NCBI RefSeq assembly: GCF_040139125.1 | Contig: NZ_JBEEUB010000003.1 | Span: 73,504-105,503, forward strand | From: Proteus hauseri | Lineage (GTDB): Bacteria; Pseudomonadota; Gammaproteobacteria; Enterobacterales; Enterobacteriaceae | Direction of reading: 5' to 3' | DNA length: 32,000 bases | Part shown: piece after piece, positions 19,842 through 28,922 of the stretch | Layout: every line of letters begins with the position of its first letter | Position numbering within the stretch: position 1 is the stretch's first letter | The notes under the pieces: model-generated | Database searches by the model: none | Seen by the model: only the letters and a program-made list of their open reading frames with translations | Told to the model about the DNA's origin: nothing | Position numbers and translations under genes: made by a program

Positions 19842-20578
19842 TATTCGCCCTCCTTTCTTACACTCATTTGGTACATTTCGCGTTGGCGAAATTGCCAGTG
19901 CTGTCTATTTACAGGCTCATCCCACGGATGCAACGTCATTATATTTTTACCCGCAATTTCTTGACGACTTCCTTCCCAATAGTAAGTTACCCACCCATCT
20001 GAACTAAACCAATAATTATCCGCTTTATCAGAAGACATAATAGCTGGGAATGTTATATCTAATGCGTCTTGTAGTTGTTCTGTTTCTACAATTTGAGGCA
20101 TCATTGGTAAAGATAGCGGACAAGACTTACGACCTAAACTTAATGTGTAAGTAGGCATAAGTAATGCATTTTTAAGTTTATCTAGTGTATATTTCGAATG
20201 ATCAGTCAGCTTAATTGCTATAATCCATACGGCATCACATCGATAGTCTCGATTAGATAAAACAGTATTTAGATCTTTTTCAGCTAATTCGCTGCGCCGG
20301 GTTGAATGTATTATATTCTTGCGTGCAGAAGGCACCTGAGCAGTATGGTAGTCTCTTAATAAAGTACTCGGCACTTTCTGTTTTACTGCAACTAAAACAC
20401 TCTGCTGTAATTGAGTAAGTGCTAATTCATCTTCTCGCTTAATTCCTAATGCAGCACCAAGAAAACCTAGGATAGCTGAACGCGATGGCGCCAGCCCAGT
20501 TTGCCTATCGCCACCAACAGCGGGTAATCCCCAACTAGCAAGGGGTCCATAAAGCCGAAAAACGAGATATTGTGCCAT
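19841..20578 (-). CDS. casD: Cas5e (CasD)
   Basis: The 245-aa ORF begins MAQYLVFRLYGPLASWG....PSRSAILGFLGAALGIKR. This matches the Cas5e N-terminal motif (E. coli MRSYLILRLAGPMQAWG..PTRSGLLGLLGACLGI). Confidence 0.9.
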   Translation of the reverse strand: MAQYLVFRLYGPLASWGLPAVGGDRQTGLAPSRSAILGFLGAALGIKREDELALTQLQQSVLVAVKQKVPSTLLRDYHTAQVPSARKNIIHSTRRSELAEKDLNTVLSNRDYRCDAVWIIAIKLTDHSKYTLDKLKNALLMPTYTLSLGRKSCPLSLPMMPQIVETEQLQDALDITFPAIMSSDKADNYWFSSDGWVTYYWEGSRQEIAGKNIMTLHPWDEPVNRQHWQFRQREMYQMSVRKEGE

Positions 20579-20590
20579 GATATCTCCTTA

Positions 20591-21625
20591 TTATTCAGCG
20601 ATAAATTGTAATAATTCAGAGAGCGAGCCTTCTCCTGTTGCGGCATTTAGCTGATAACGTGAATCTGCACAAGCGCCATAAACTTTATCAAAATTTTCCA
20701 TGCGTTGATTTAATGCTGTTATTGCAGAAAATTCCATCTCTTCATCATCGATAGGTTTTAAAAATGCGACAGATAAAGAGCGTGGTTGATAACTTCCTTT
20801 TTCAGCTAAAACATAACTTGCATATGCACGAGAGGCAAAACTGTTTTGCTTACCTGTTGGCGATACTTTGATAGCTACTTCAGTTAACGCTTGAATTGCT
20901 TTATTGGCGAGCTCTTCATTGCCCTCTAATGATTCAATTAACTGAGTTTTATTAATGCAGATATAACTATAAAAAAGCGCAGCCGCAAAACCCATTTCAC
21001 CAATATGAGCAGACCCTGCATCTGTTTTACCATCATTTAAATCATCTACAGCAGTAAAATAGTCATCTTCAACAACCGCACTATGAACACTAATAGCATG
21101 AGCGACTTGGCAAGCGGCTTCGACATTATATTTTGGAGCGGATGCTAGCATTCGACCAAATAATGCAATATCAACAGATGTTTTATTCGATTTTAAATCA
21201 TCTAATTCTGCTTTCGTTGGTTCTCTACGTTCTTCAATAAGTAATTTTATTAAATCGAATGCTTTCACTTTTTCAAAATGACTAATATGAACAAGTTGTT
21301 CAGTTTCAATACTCTCTTTTTTTAGTTTGCCATATTGGTCAACCATTAACTCTGTCCATTTTTTAGCTTCTTTTTCCGCAATACCACCTTTAATTAATTC
21401 ATCATATATTTGTAATCCAAACTGCTTAGTACGAGTCCCTATATTGCCTGAAAGTGCAACATCAAATAACTCAGAAGTACGCCAATGACGCTTTAAACTT
21501 TGTGAACTTATTCTTAAACGCTCAAAACCACCCATTCTTGCTGTTTTTGGGCGGCCTAAATCATCACGATTTAAATTAGAAGGTGCGTAAGAAGTAAGAA
21601 TATGTAACTGAATAAATTGGCTCAT
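20591..21625 (-). CDS. casC: Cas7e (CasC/Cse4) Cascade backbone subunit
   Basis: The ORF track frame is 20591..21691. I start at ATG 21625 (MSQFIQLHILTSYAPSNLNRDDLGRPKTA..RISSQSLKRHWR). This matches the CasC N-terminus (..NIHVLISHSPSCLNRDD..RISSQSLKR) and avoids overlap with casB. Confidence 0.92.
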   Translation of the reverse strand: MSQFIQLHILTSYAPSNLNRDDLGRPKTARMGGFERLRISSQSLKRHWRTSELFDVALSGNIGTRTKQFGLQIYDELIKGGIAEKEAKKWTELMVDQYGKLKKESIETEQLVHISHFEKVKAFDLIKLLIEERREPTKAELDDLKSNKTSVDIALFGRMLASAPKYNVEAACQVAHAISVHSAVVEDDYFTAVDDLNDGKTDAGSAHIGEMGFAAALFYSYICINKTQLIESLEGNEELANKAIQALTEVAIKVSPTGKQNSFASRAYASYVLAEKGSYQPRSLSVAFLKPIDDEEMEFSAITALNQRMENFDKVYGACADSRYQLNAATGEGSLSELLQFIAE

Positions 21626-21657
21626 TGTCTTTATCCTGTTTAATTTTATTAAAATAG

Positions 21658-22245
21658 TTAAATTGCGGCTTGATAATATTTCATTGCCCACTCAACGATA
21701 ACTTGTTGATTAGTTTTTACAGTTCGAATTCTTTGTTTTTCTAAAACCCATTTTTCAATATCTTTACACATTGAAAATACAGATGCTTTTCCTTTAATTT
21801 GAATTAGAATTCGTCTTAAGCGCCTTATAAATTCATCATAAGTACGAGAAGATTGAAGTTGTAAAAAACGTGACTCGCTGATAATTGACTTTTTACTTTC
21901 ATCTTTTTCACCCGCTACCGTAGCAAAGTGTTTATCACTATTTTGTGTAATATAAACTAACACCGCAGTAATCGTTGCCCAACGCTCAATATCCTCTGTT
22001 TTAGCTTGATTAATTAAATCCGTTGGAAAACTAAGCCATAATGCGCGAAACCCTTCCGTTAACATAATTGCAGTAATAGATTCGCAACGTTTTAATTCTG
22101 CTTTATATCGATTAGGTGCTGGTGCAATTCCTTTTTTTCTTAATTCATCCGGCGATAAAAATAGGCTTTCCCACCAACGTAGCACATTAGCTTGTAATTC
22201 TGGATGACTATGCAGAGTAATATTATCCGATTTATAAAACCCCAT
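21658..22245 (-). CDS. casB: Cse2 (CasB/Cas11e) small Cascade subunit
   Basis: The ORF track frame is 21658..22287. I start at ATG 22245, which has GGAGAGG 5 nt upstream, giving 195 aa. The protein looks alpha-helical and basic, and the position between casA and casC is conserved. The sequence is diverged from E. coli CasB, so the call rests mainly on synteny. Confidence 0.8.
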   Translation of the reverse strand: MGFYKSDNITLHSHPELQANVLRWWESLFLSPDELRKKGIAPAPNRYKAELKRCESITAIMLTEGFRALWLSFPTDLINQAKTEDIERWATITAVLVYITQNSDKHFATVAGEKDESKKSIISESRFLQLQSSRTYDEFIRRLRRILIQIKGKASVFSMCKDIEKWVLEKQRIRTVKTNQQVIVEWAMKYYQAAI

Positions 22246-23830
22246 GTTCCTCTCCATTTTTCTTAGTAATTTTAAAATCTGTAGCAAAGCTTTTTATTTT
22301 TTTATTGCCATAAAGATCTCTGATTAAATTTTGCCTAGCCTTTATACATCCACTCACTGTTTTTTGTGTGCCTAATGAAGACAATGCATATTCATCAAAG
22401 ATGGAAAAACAAATATTTCTTATACTATTTAGCCAAAGGCTAGCTTGTTCAGGTGTTAAAAAGTCATCTTCCTGAGTTTGTTCAATAATATTTTGTACTG
22501 TTGAAAAAAATATACTCTCGCTTCTTTGCCAAAAGGTTAAATCAATAAAACTTATATCGCCTTTTATATCTTTAGGTCGTTCAAACCATGCCGCTTTTAT
22601 CTGATTTCTTAAACTTTTCAAGCATTCAGTAGTCAATGATTGAATAAGTTTTATTTCATTAATTACTTTATTATGATATTTATCTTCTATATGAAAAATA
22701 GGCATTTCTAAAGCATACCATCCTCTCGGTTTCATATTATCCATATCATAACCAAAAATAAGTAATCGAGGTTTTCTTGTAAACTCTAATGATTGATATA
22801 ACTTTAGATAATGACTAACTACAGTGGCACATTTTTGTCCATTTTCACTACTTGATAATAGTAATCTATCCCAAAGATTATAATGAATTCCGCCTTCCCT
22901 TCCTTTAATAGAATTAGGGAAAGTATCGGGTTTTTTAGTGTCCCAGTAATAAGGCGTTAATGGGTGTAGCCACCCTTCTTGGTAATCTAAACCATAATTT
23001 TTAGTTAAATAGTATTGCACTGTAATATTGCTATTTTCACCACTAATTTGGCATGTTGCAGGCTTATTTTCTGCTTGTAATCTTATTCTACGAGGCATAG
23101 CCCAATACATATGAAGAGGATGAACATCATTAGGATAAACTTTTTCTCCCATTCCCTCTTTTAAGTTCAATGGTACTAACCAAGGGAAAATACTACCATC
23201 GTAAAAATTTGGCTCATCATATTCCCAAAAATCACGATTAATCACATTTAGCCATAGCTTTTGCCATAACGTTGCCTCTGTATCGGTAGGTGATATCAAG
23301 GTAGTTAAAGGACCGCCTCCCCTTAAACTTACTCGATGGCCTTGACCTCCACTAGGCGCATTTATCTGTAGCGTAAACAGTGCTAATACTGCCATTTCTA
23401 ATGACATTACATCAGCAATGCCTCGTTTAATAAAGTGATCAGTATTCTGCTTTATTCCATTTTCACCCGGTGCATCAATTAATAATTGCGCTATAGGTAT
23501 ATTTTTTTGCTCTTCTAATGAAGAAAAATCCTGCATAAATAAAGGTGCTTCACCTGTTACATTAAAAGCATGAGCGACTTTATCAAAGGCACTTTTTAGC
23601 GTGTTATCTGAAGGCGGTGTTGCAAAATATTCTTCCCACTCATCTTCATCTTCTGGTGCAAATACCGTTTGTAATAACCCGATTGCAAATTGGTAAGCAG
23701 CACCTTGAAAATCGGCTCTATTTAAAGCAAAGTCGATAATATCAGGGTGAGAAATAGCTGAGATAGGAAGGGTTTTTATCTCTCCATTACGAAAACGAAA
23801 AGGCAACCAAGGTTGATTAATAATATTCAT
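22232..23830 (-). CDS. casA: Cse1 (CasA/Cas8e) large Cascade subunit
   Basis: The 532-aa ORF has the N-terminus MNIINQPWLPFRF (E. coli ..IDNWIPVR). The internal stretch APSGGQGHRVSLRGGGPLTTLI corresponds to E. coli APGFGGGFKSGLRGGTPVTTFV. Its start overlaps the cas3 stop as ATGA. Confidence 0.9.
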   Translation of the reverse strand: MNIINQPWLPFRFRNGEIKTLPISAISHPDIIDFALNRADFQGAAYQFAIGLLQTVFAPEDEDEWEEYFATPPSDNTLKSAFDKVAHAFNVTGEAPLFMQDFSSLEEQKNIPIAQLLIDAPGENGIKQNTDHFIKRGIADVMSLEMAVLALFTLQINAPSGGQGHRVSLRGGGPLTTLISPTDTEATLWQKLWLNVINRDFWEYDEPNFYDGSIFPWLVPLNLKEGMGEKVYPNDVHPLHMYWAMPRRIRLQAENKPATCQISGENSNITVQYYLTKNYGLDYQEGWLHPLTPYYWDTKKPDTFPNSIKGREGGIHYNLWDRLLLSSSENGQKCATVVSHYLKLYQSLEFTRKPRLLIFGYDMDNMKPRGWYALEMPIFHIEDKYHNKVINEIKLIQSLTTECLKSLRNQIKAAWFERPKDIKGDISFIDLTFWQRSESIFFSTVQNIIEQTQEDDFLTPEQASLWLNSIRNICFSIFDEYALSSLGTQKTVSGCIKARQNLIRDLYGNKKIKSFATDFKITKKNGEEHGVL

Positions 23831-26517
23831 GACAATTCCTGTCTTTCACTAAAACCGATTAAAGGATCATATTGATAATTTATATCTTCTTCTGGTATCC
23901 ACAATTGTAAATAGCGCGTTTGTGGATATTGTTTATTTATCTTTTCTTTTATATTTTCAGTTACAGTAGTGAGCTTATCGGCATATTTATTTTTCGAAAT
24001 TTTTACAGTACTTAAAGCAATAGAAAAATTAGGATCCTCTACCCAAGGAAGATAATTATCTTCTATTTTCTTTAATAAAAGGACATTAGCTATTTCGATA
24101 TCGCTGTATCGTGTGCTTATATCATAATAATCTTCTGTCCAAAATTCTGAACTCTCTTCACTGTAGCCCTTATTTAATTTTAATAGTTGCAATTGAGCTT
24201 TTACTGCTTTTGCTCTTTGTTCACCCAAACTATTATTTTCTTGTCGAATTAACGATAGTGGAATTTCATTATAAGCATTATCGCTATAAACTGACTCAAT
24301 TAATTGCCGCGCATCTTGTGGCATTTTTATTTCACCTAATTGCATTAAGCTTCTTAACGTTAACCATAAACGCCCCGGGGAGCGATAAACCGCTTCTGTA
24401 GATGAAAAATAGTGAGAAAGCCAATTACTTGAAGGTTCGTCTGTAAATAATGGTGCATGCACATATAATATAGGCGCTGTACGTTTATCTTGTTCTGTTG
24501 CAGTATAATCACCAGTTATTGTGCGAGTATGTCGATGCAGTCGTCCTGATCGTTGAATAAGATCGTCAATAGGACAAATATCTGAAATCATAATATCTGC
24601 ATCAGCATCTAAACTCTCTTGAAATACTTGAGTCGCAATTAAGACTGTACCTTTTCTTTGTTTAGCTGTGCTCAGTTTTCCAAATCGATTTAATACTTGT
24701 TCTTCACGTATTTTCCTATCTTGTAGTGTAAATCGGCTATGGAATAACAGGCAATTATCTTGATTTTCAGGTAGCCTTTGATTTATATCACGATATGCTT
24801 TAATAGCATCATTAACCGTATTTCTAATCCAAACAACACAGTTTCCATTATTTACTGCACTCACTATAATATTAATACAGTCTTGTTCTTCATTTATTAT
24901 TTCAACGTTTACTTGTCGACTGACTTCCTTTCTACTTTCTAAAGGATATTCCATCATTGCTACTTTGGGGGAATATGTTAAGTGTGTTGCTAATGGAAAA
25001 CTTTTTGACTGTATCATTTTTTGCGGCTGATCTAGTGCATCAAACCAGCTATTAATAATTCTTTGTCTTTGCTTAAGTGATAAAGTGGCTGTTAGTAGAA
25101 TAACAGAACCACCTTGATATAGATGTGCAGATAACAAATGTTCAATAATTTCAAACATAAATTCATCTGCAGAGTGAATTTCATCAAAGATGATAACTTT
25201 TCTATTTAATCCTAATAATCTTAAAGGTTGGTGCCTTCTAGGGAGCATGGCTAATAAAGCTTGATCTAGCGTTCCGACACCAATTGTTGCTAATAACGCT
25301 TTTTTACGAGAATCAGATAACCACTGATAGCATTGTGCAGATGCAGTATTATCTCGACTATTATATTGTTCGTTCCCATCTCTAATAATATTAGTAAATT
25401 GTTCATTCATAATGCTAGCACCATGTGCAAGTACAATACTGGGTGCTTCGCTATTTTCATCAAATATTTTAGTATAATAATTGACAATTCTTGAAAACAT
25501 GGCATTAGACGTCGCCATTGTAGGCAAACCAAAATAGAACCCATCAGCAGCATCAGCTTCCATTAATCGATGGGCTAATGTTAATGCTGCTTCAGTTTTA
25601 CCCGCTCCCGTAGTGTCTTCTAATATAAAAAGTTGGGGATGTTCATTTATTGGTACTTTTTCAGCCCATTGCTGTAGTGGTGTGGGTCTATAACCAAAAT
25701 TATGCTCAACAGAAATAAAAGGAGATATTTGGTAATCTCGCTTAAAACCACTTGATAATATAGCTTTCTCTGCTTGCTTTAACGTTAATAACCAATACTC
25801 AGATAATGAAACTCTATTTTTATAATAAGGAAAATACTCATTATTAGAACCAATCCAGTCAGCGAGTGTTGTCATTCCCGCAAGAAGCCATGATATCTGT
25901 TTTAATCTACCTAGCCACTCTTTATCATAAAAAAGCGCTGCTGAAATGCTAGGGTTAAATAATTTAAAAGCATCACAAGCAAAATTAACCGCTGAATTTT
26001 TATTATTTTTATGGATAAAGTTTTCCATATGCTCAATGTCATTCTTATTAATTGGTTTTCCATGATGCCCTAATACTGTTTCAATAATTATCAGAAAACC
26101 ATTTGATAATTTACGCTTATTATAATCACCGCCCGGTATTACCAAAGAAAAAATCGTTTCTTTTATTTCGTTCCAAAAATAATAACCTAAACGATCATGG
26201 CGATAATTTTTTCCATCGTAAGAAAACCGACTTTCAGGTATTTGCTTTTTATCAATAATATTTTGACTAATATATTGAAATGAAGAAGAAAATTTCCCCA
26301 AATCATGAAGAGAGAGTATAAAACCAAATAATTTAACGAAGTCTTCGGGGTTAATCTGTAAGAAATTAGAAATATCTTTCACAATTTTTGTATCTGCTGA
26401 AAATAATATAGAGCCAACAGCTGCTACATCGAGACTATGGTAAGGAAGTAAGTGATAACACTCACTATTACTGTCTGATTTAAATTTACCCCAATAGCTG
26501 TAATAGTCTTTATTCAT
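23827..26517 (-). CDS. cas3: Cas3 nuclease-helicase (HD + SF2 helicase)
   Basis: The 896-aa ORF has N-terminal HD motifs (HSLDVAAV, LHDLGKFS, LGHHG). Helicase motif I is TGAGKTEAAL, motif II is FDEIH, and motif VI is QRSGRLHRH. It is the first gene of the cas operon. Confidence 0.95.
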   Translation of the reverse strand: MNKDYYSYWGKFKSDSNSECYHLLPYHSLDVAAVGSILFSADTKIVKDISNFLQINPEDFVKLFGFILSLHDLGKFSSSFQYISQNIIDKKQIPESRFSYDGKNYRHDRLGYYFWNEIKETIFSLVIPGGDYNKRKLSNGFLIIIETVLGHHGKPINKNDIEHMENFIHKNNKNSAVNFACDAFKLFNPSISAALFYDKEWLGRLKQISWLLAGMTTLADWIGSNNEYFPYYKNRVSLSEYWLLTLKQAEKAILSSGFKRDYQISPFISVEHNFGYRPTPLQQWAEKVPINEHPQLFILEDTTGAGKTEAALTLAHRLMEADAADGFYFGLPTMATSNAMFSRIVNYYTKIFDENSEAPSIVLAHGASIMNEQFTNIIRDGNEQYNSRDNTASAQCYQWLSDSRKKALLATIGVGTLDQALLAMLPRRHQPLRLLGLNRKVIIFDEIHSADEFMFEIIEHLLSAHLYQGGSVILLTATLSLKQRQRIINSWFDALDQPQKMIQSKSFPLATHLTYSPKVAMMEYPLESRKEVSRQVNVEIINEEQDCINIIVSAVNNGNCVVWIRNTVNDAIKAYRDINQRLPENQDNCLLFHSRFTLQDRKIREEQVLNRFGKLSTAKQRKGTVLIATQVFQESLDADADIMISDICPIDDLIQRSGRLHRHTRTITGDYTATEQDKRTAPILYVHAPLFTDEPSSNWLSHYFSSTEAVYRSPGRLWLTLRSLMQLGEIKMPQDARQLIESVYSDNAYNEIPLSLIRQENNSLGEQRAKAVKAQLQLLKLNKGYSEESSEFWTEDYYDISTRYSDIEIANVLLLKKIEDNYLPWVEDPNFSIALSTVKISKNKYADKLTTVTENIKEKINKQYPQTRYLQLWIPEEDINYQYDPLIGFSERQELS

Positions 26518-26752
26518 ATTAACCTAATCACTATTTTCTATATTTTGCAGTCTATAATAAATAACAACTATTTTCTTAATTTAATACTAAAAACTAGACC
26601 GACCCCTATTTATTTATAACTCTACTATTTTACTCGGTATACAAACAATAATTTTATAAATGTCATTTTATTGTTAAAAATAATAAAAAATACTAACTAT
26701 TACTTATTCGTTTATTTTATAAAATAAAATTAGAAGCAATATATATTTAAGA

Positions 26753-28794
26753 ATAATTATCCCCGTGCATACGGGGAACACAAGTTAATTGATTGGTTAG
26801 TGATGTATATTTACGGTTTATCCCCGTGCATACGGGGAACACGTCAAGCACACACGCGAAATATGAAGGTAAGGCGGTTTATCCCCGTGCATACGGGGAA
26901 CACTTAATCCGCGCTTTTTAATAGTTCAAATATAGCGGTTTATCCCCGTGCATACGGGGAACACTGCCATAAACTCATCTGAGAACTCGTTTTTCCCGGT
27001 TTATCCCCGTGTATACGGGGAACACCATTTTGATAATGTATTCGCGAAACATATAGGCGGTTTATCCCCGTGTATACGGGGAACACGCAAACCGAAGCCA
27101 GAGGCCGTACACCTTTGGCGGTTTATCCCCGTGTATACGGGGAACACTCAACATGCTCTACACACTGGAATGCCAGTAACGGTTTATCCCCGTGTATACG
27201 GGGAACACCAGAAGCTCGCGCATTTCGTCTTCGTCCATGCCGGTTTATCCCCGTGTATACGGGGAACACATATGGATGCTGATTTACCTAATGAACCAAT
27301 CCGGTTTATCCCCGTGTATACGGGGAACACAAACAGAGACGCCACTTGATGAATTCTCGTTGCGGTTTATCCCCGTGTATACGGGGAACACATACGCCAT
27401 ATCCAAATTTAACCATTCGCCCACGGTTTATCCCCGTGTATACGGGGAACACTCGGTCTCTTTTCAACATCACGAGATAGCTGGCGGTTTATCCCCGTGT
27501 ATACGGGGAACACTAGAAAGGAAACAAGAAAGCTAACCCCTCCTCCGGTTTATCCCCGTGTATACGGGGAACACGGAGATGATGAACAACCGAGATACGA
27601 CACTGATGGTTTATCCCCGTGTATACGGGGAACACACTACCCCTGCCTCCCCGAACACAGAATTTATCGGTTTATCCCCGTGTATACGGGGAACACGTCC
27701 ATCTCTGCTACAGCTTGTACTTCTTCGCCGGTTTATCCCCGTGTATACGGGGAACACAAATCACGGTACGCATAACAAAGAGCCGTAACCGGTTTATCCC
27801 CGTGTATACGGGGAACACATATTTACCATCGCTAATCATGTCGTTTAACGCGGTTTATCCCCGTGTATACGGGGAACACTTATCACTCTATGCCTGATGA
27901 CGTTTGTCAGGCGGTTTATCCCCGTGTATACGGGGAACACGGTCAAGAACTCCAGTTGAAAGCCCTGATAGCCGGTTTATCCCCGTGTATACGGGGAACA
28001 CTATTTAATCCAAATATGTGGTTTTCCATTAAACGGTTTATCCCCGTGTATACGGGGAACACGATGAATTCCAAATCCCCGAAACAGCGATAGGCGGTTT
28101 ATCCCCGTGTATACGGGGAACACTTTTTTGTAGCACCACTAATTGATTGAATTGCCGGTTTATCCCCGTGTATACGGGGAACACCCCGTAAGCCTCGGCT
28201 AACCCATTAACATAGGCGGTTTATCCCCGTGTATACGGGGAACACGGTGTACACCACTGGTCGCCAATTTCTTTTAGCGGTTTATCCCCGTGTATACGGG
28301 GAACACTCATGGATAGACTTTCTTATATAGAAAGAGGGCGGTTTATCCCCGTGTATACGGGGAACACACGTACAGACTACAAGATCCCAGCCCAATTTCC
28401 GGTTTATCCCCGTGTATACGGGGAACACTTCTTCACTACTATCTTTTAGTAATAATAATTCGGTTTATCCCCGTGTATACGGGGAACACAATATGATTAT
28501 TTCGATACGTTACTAACATCTCGGTTTATCCCCGTGTATACGGGGAACACCATTGCACCGTTTTTATCAGTGATAGAATCGTCGGTTTATCCCCGTGTAT
28601 ACGGGGAACACAGTACAAACAGAGGATGAGGTAATTTCAACACCGGTTTATCCCCGTGTATACGGGGAACACTTAGCAATACAGAATAAGGTATACCCTG
28701 CTCACGGTTTATCCCCGTGTATACGGGGAACACTGCGCGATAATTAATACCATCTACAAGACTATCGGTTTATCCCCGTGTATACGGGGAACAC
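26753..28794 (-). CRISPR. CRISPR array 2, type I-E repeat family, 34 repeats / 33 spacers, two repeat variants
   Basis: The strict 61-nt period starts at 26814, and every spacer is 32 nt. The four leader-distal repeats (26753-26964) carry GTGCATAC, like array 1; the first of them is degenerate in its outer 8 nt. The 30 repeats from 26997 to 28794 carry GTGTATAC. The orientation is the same as array 1 and the cas genes, with the leader on the high-coordinate side. Confidence 0.98.
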
Positions 28795-28858
28795 TCTAAT
28801 CATAATAGATTGAATATAAAAAAGAAATTTAACTCTCTCTTTTTTACCAAAAAAACAT
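28795..28858 (-). promoter_or_regulatory. Leader of CRISPR array 2
   Basis: AT-rich. In minus-strand sense it ends ..ATGATTAGA|GTGTTCCCC, the same TTAGA junction as leader 1. There is a near-consensus IHF-like element, ATTCAATCTATTA, about 10-22 nt from the first repeat. Confidence 0.65.
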
Positions 28859-28896
28859 AAAAAAAACGCCCTAATAAATTAACTTTAATAAGGCGC
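28859..28896 (-). terminator. Candidate terminator of the PTS operon (minus strand), insulating it from the array-2 leader
   Basis: An imperfect hairpin CGCC-c-TA-a-TAAA [TTAAC] TTTA-a-TA-a-GGCG spans 28867-28895. On the minus strand it is followed by a T-run of 6 (complement of 28861-28866) within a longer T-rich tract, about 30 nt after the EIIC stop. Confidence 0.5.
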
Positions 28897-28922
28897 TTTA
28901 TTTAGCTTAATTATTAAAACAA

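Noticed and set aside
26518-26752. A search for CreTA-like solitary degenerate repeats or mini-arrays, and for small anti-CRISPR-like ORFs, between array 2 and cas3. I also searched the casB-casC and casC-casD gaps.
   Set aside because: Only weak fragments turned up (for example CGGTATAC and GACCCCTATTTA), with no repeat-spacer-repeat architecture. The intergenic gaps inside the operon are at most 32 nt.
26782-26813. A shared 10-mer, TAATTGATTG, between the oldest array-2 spacer (26782-26813) and the spacer at 28124-28155, with a related TTAATTGATTT in the array-1 leader.
   Set aside because: It is a short AT-rich match with no extended identity on either side. This is most likely chance.
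26948-28093. Seven overlapping plus-strand ORFs (26948..27349 through 27863..28093) with recurring FIPVYTGNT / VYPRVYGEH / LSPCIRGT.
   Set aside because: Same artefact in CRISPR array 2. The V-to-Y and A-to-V changes relative to array 1 reflect the single repeat polymorphism.
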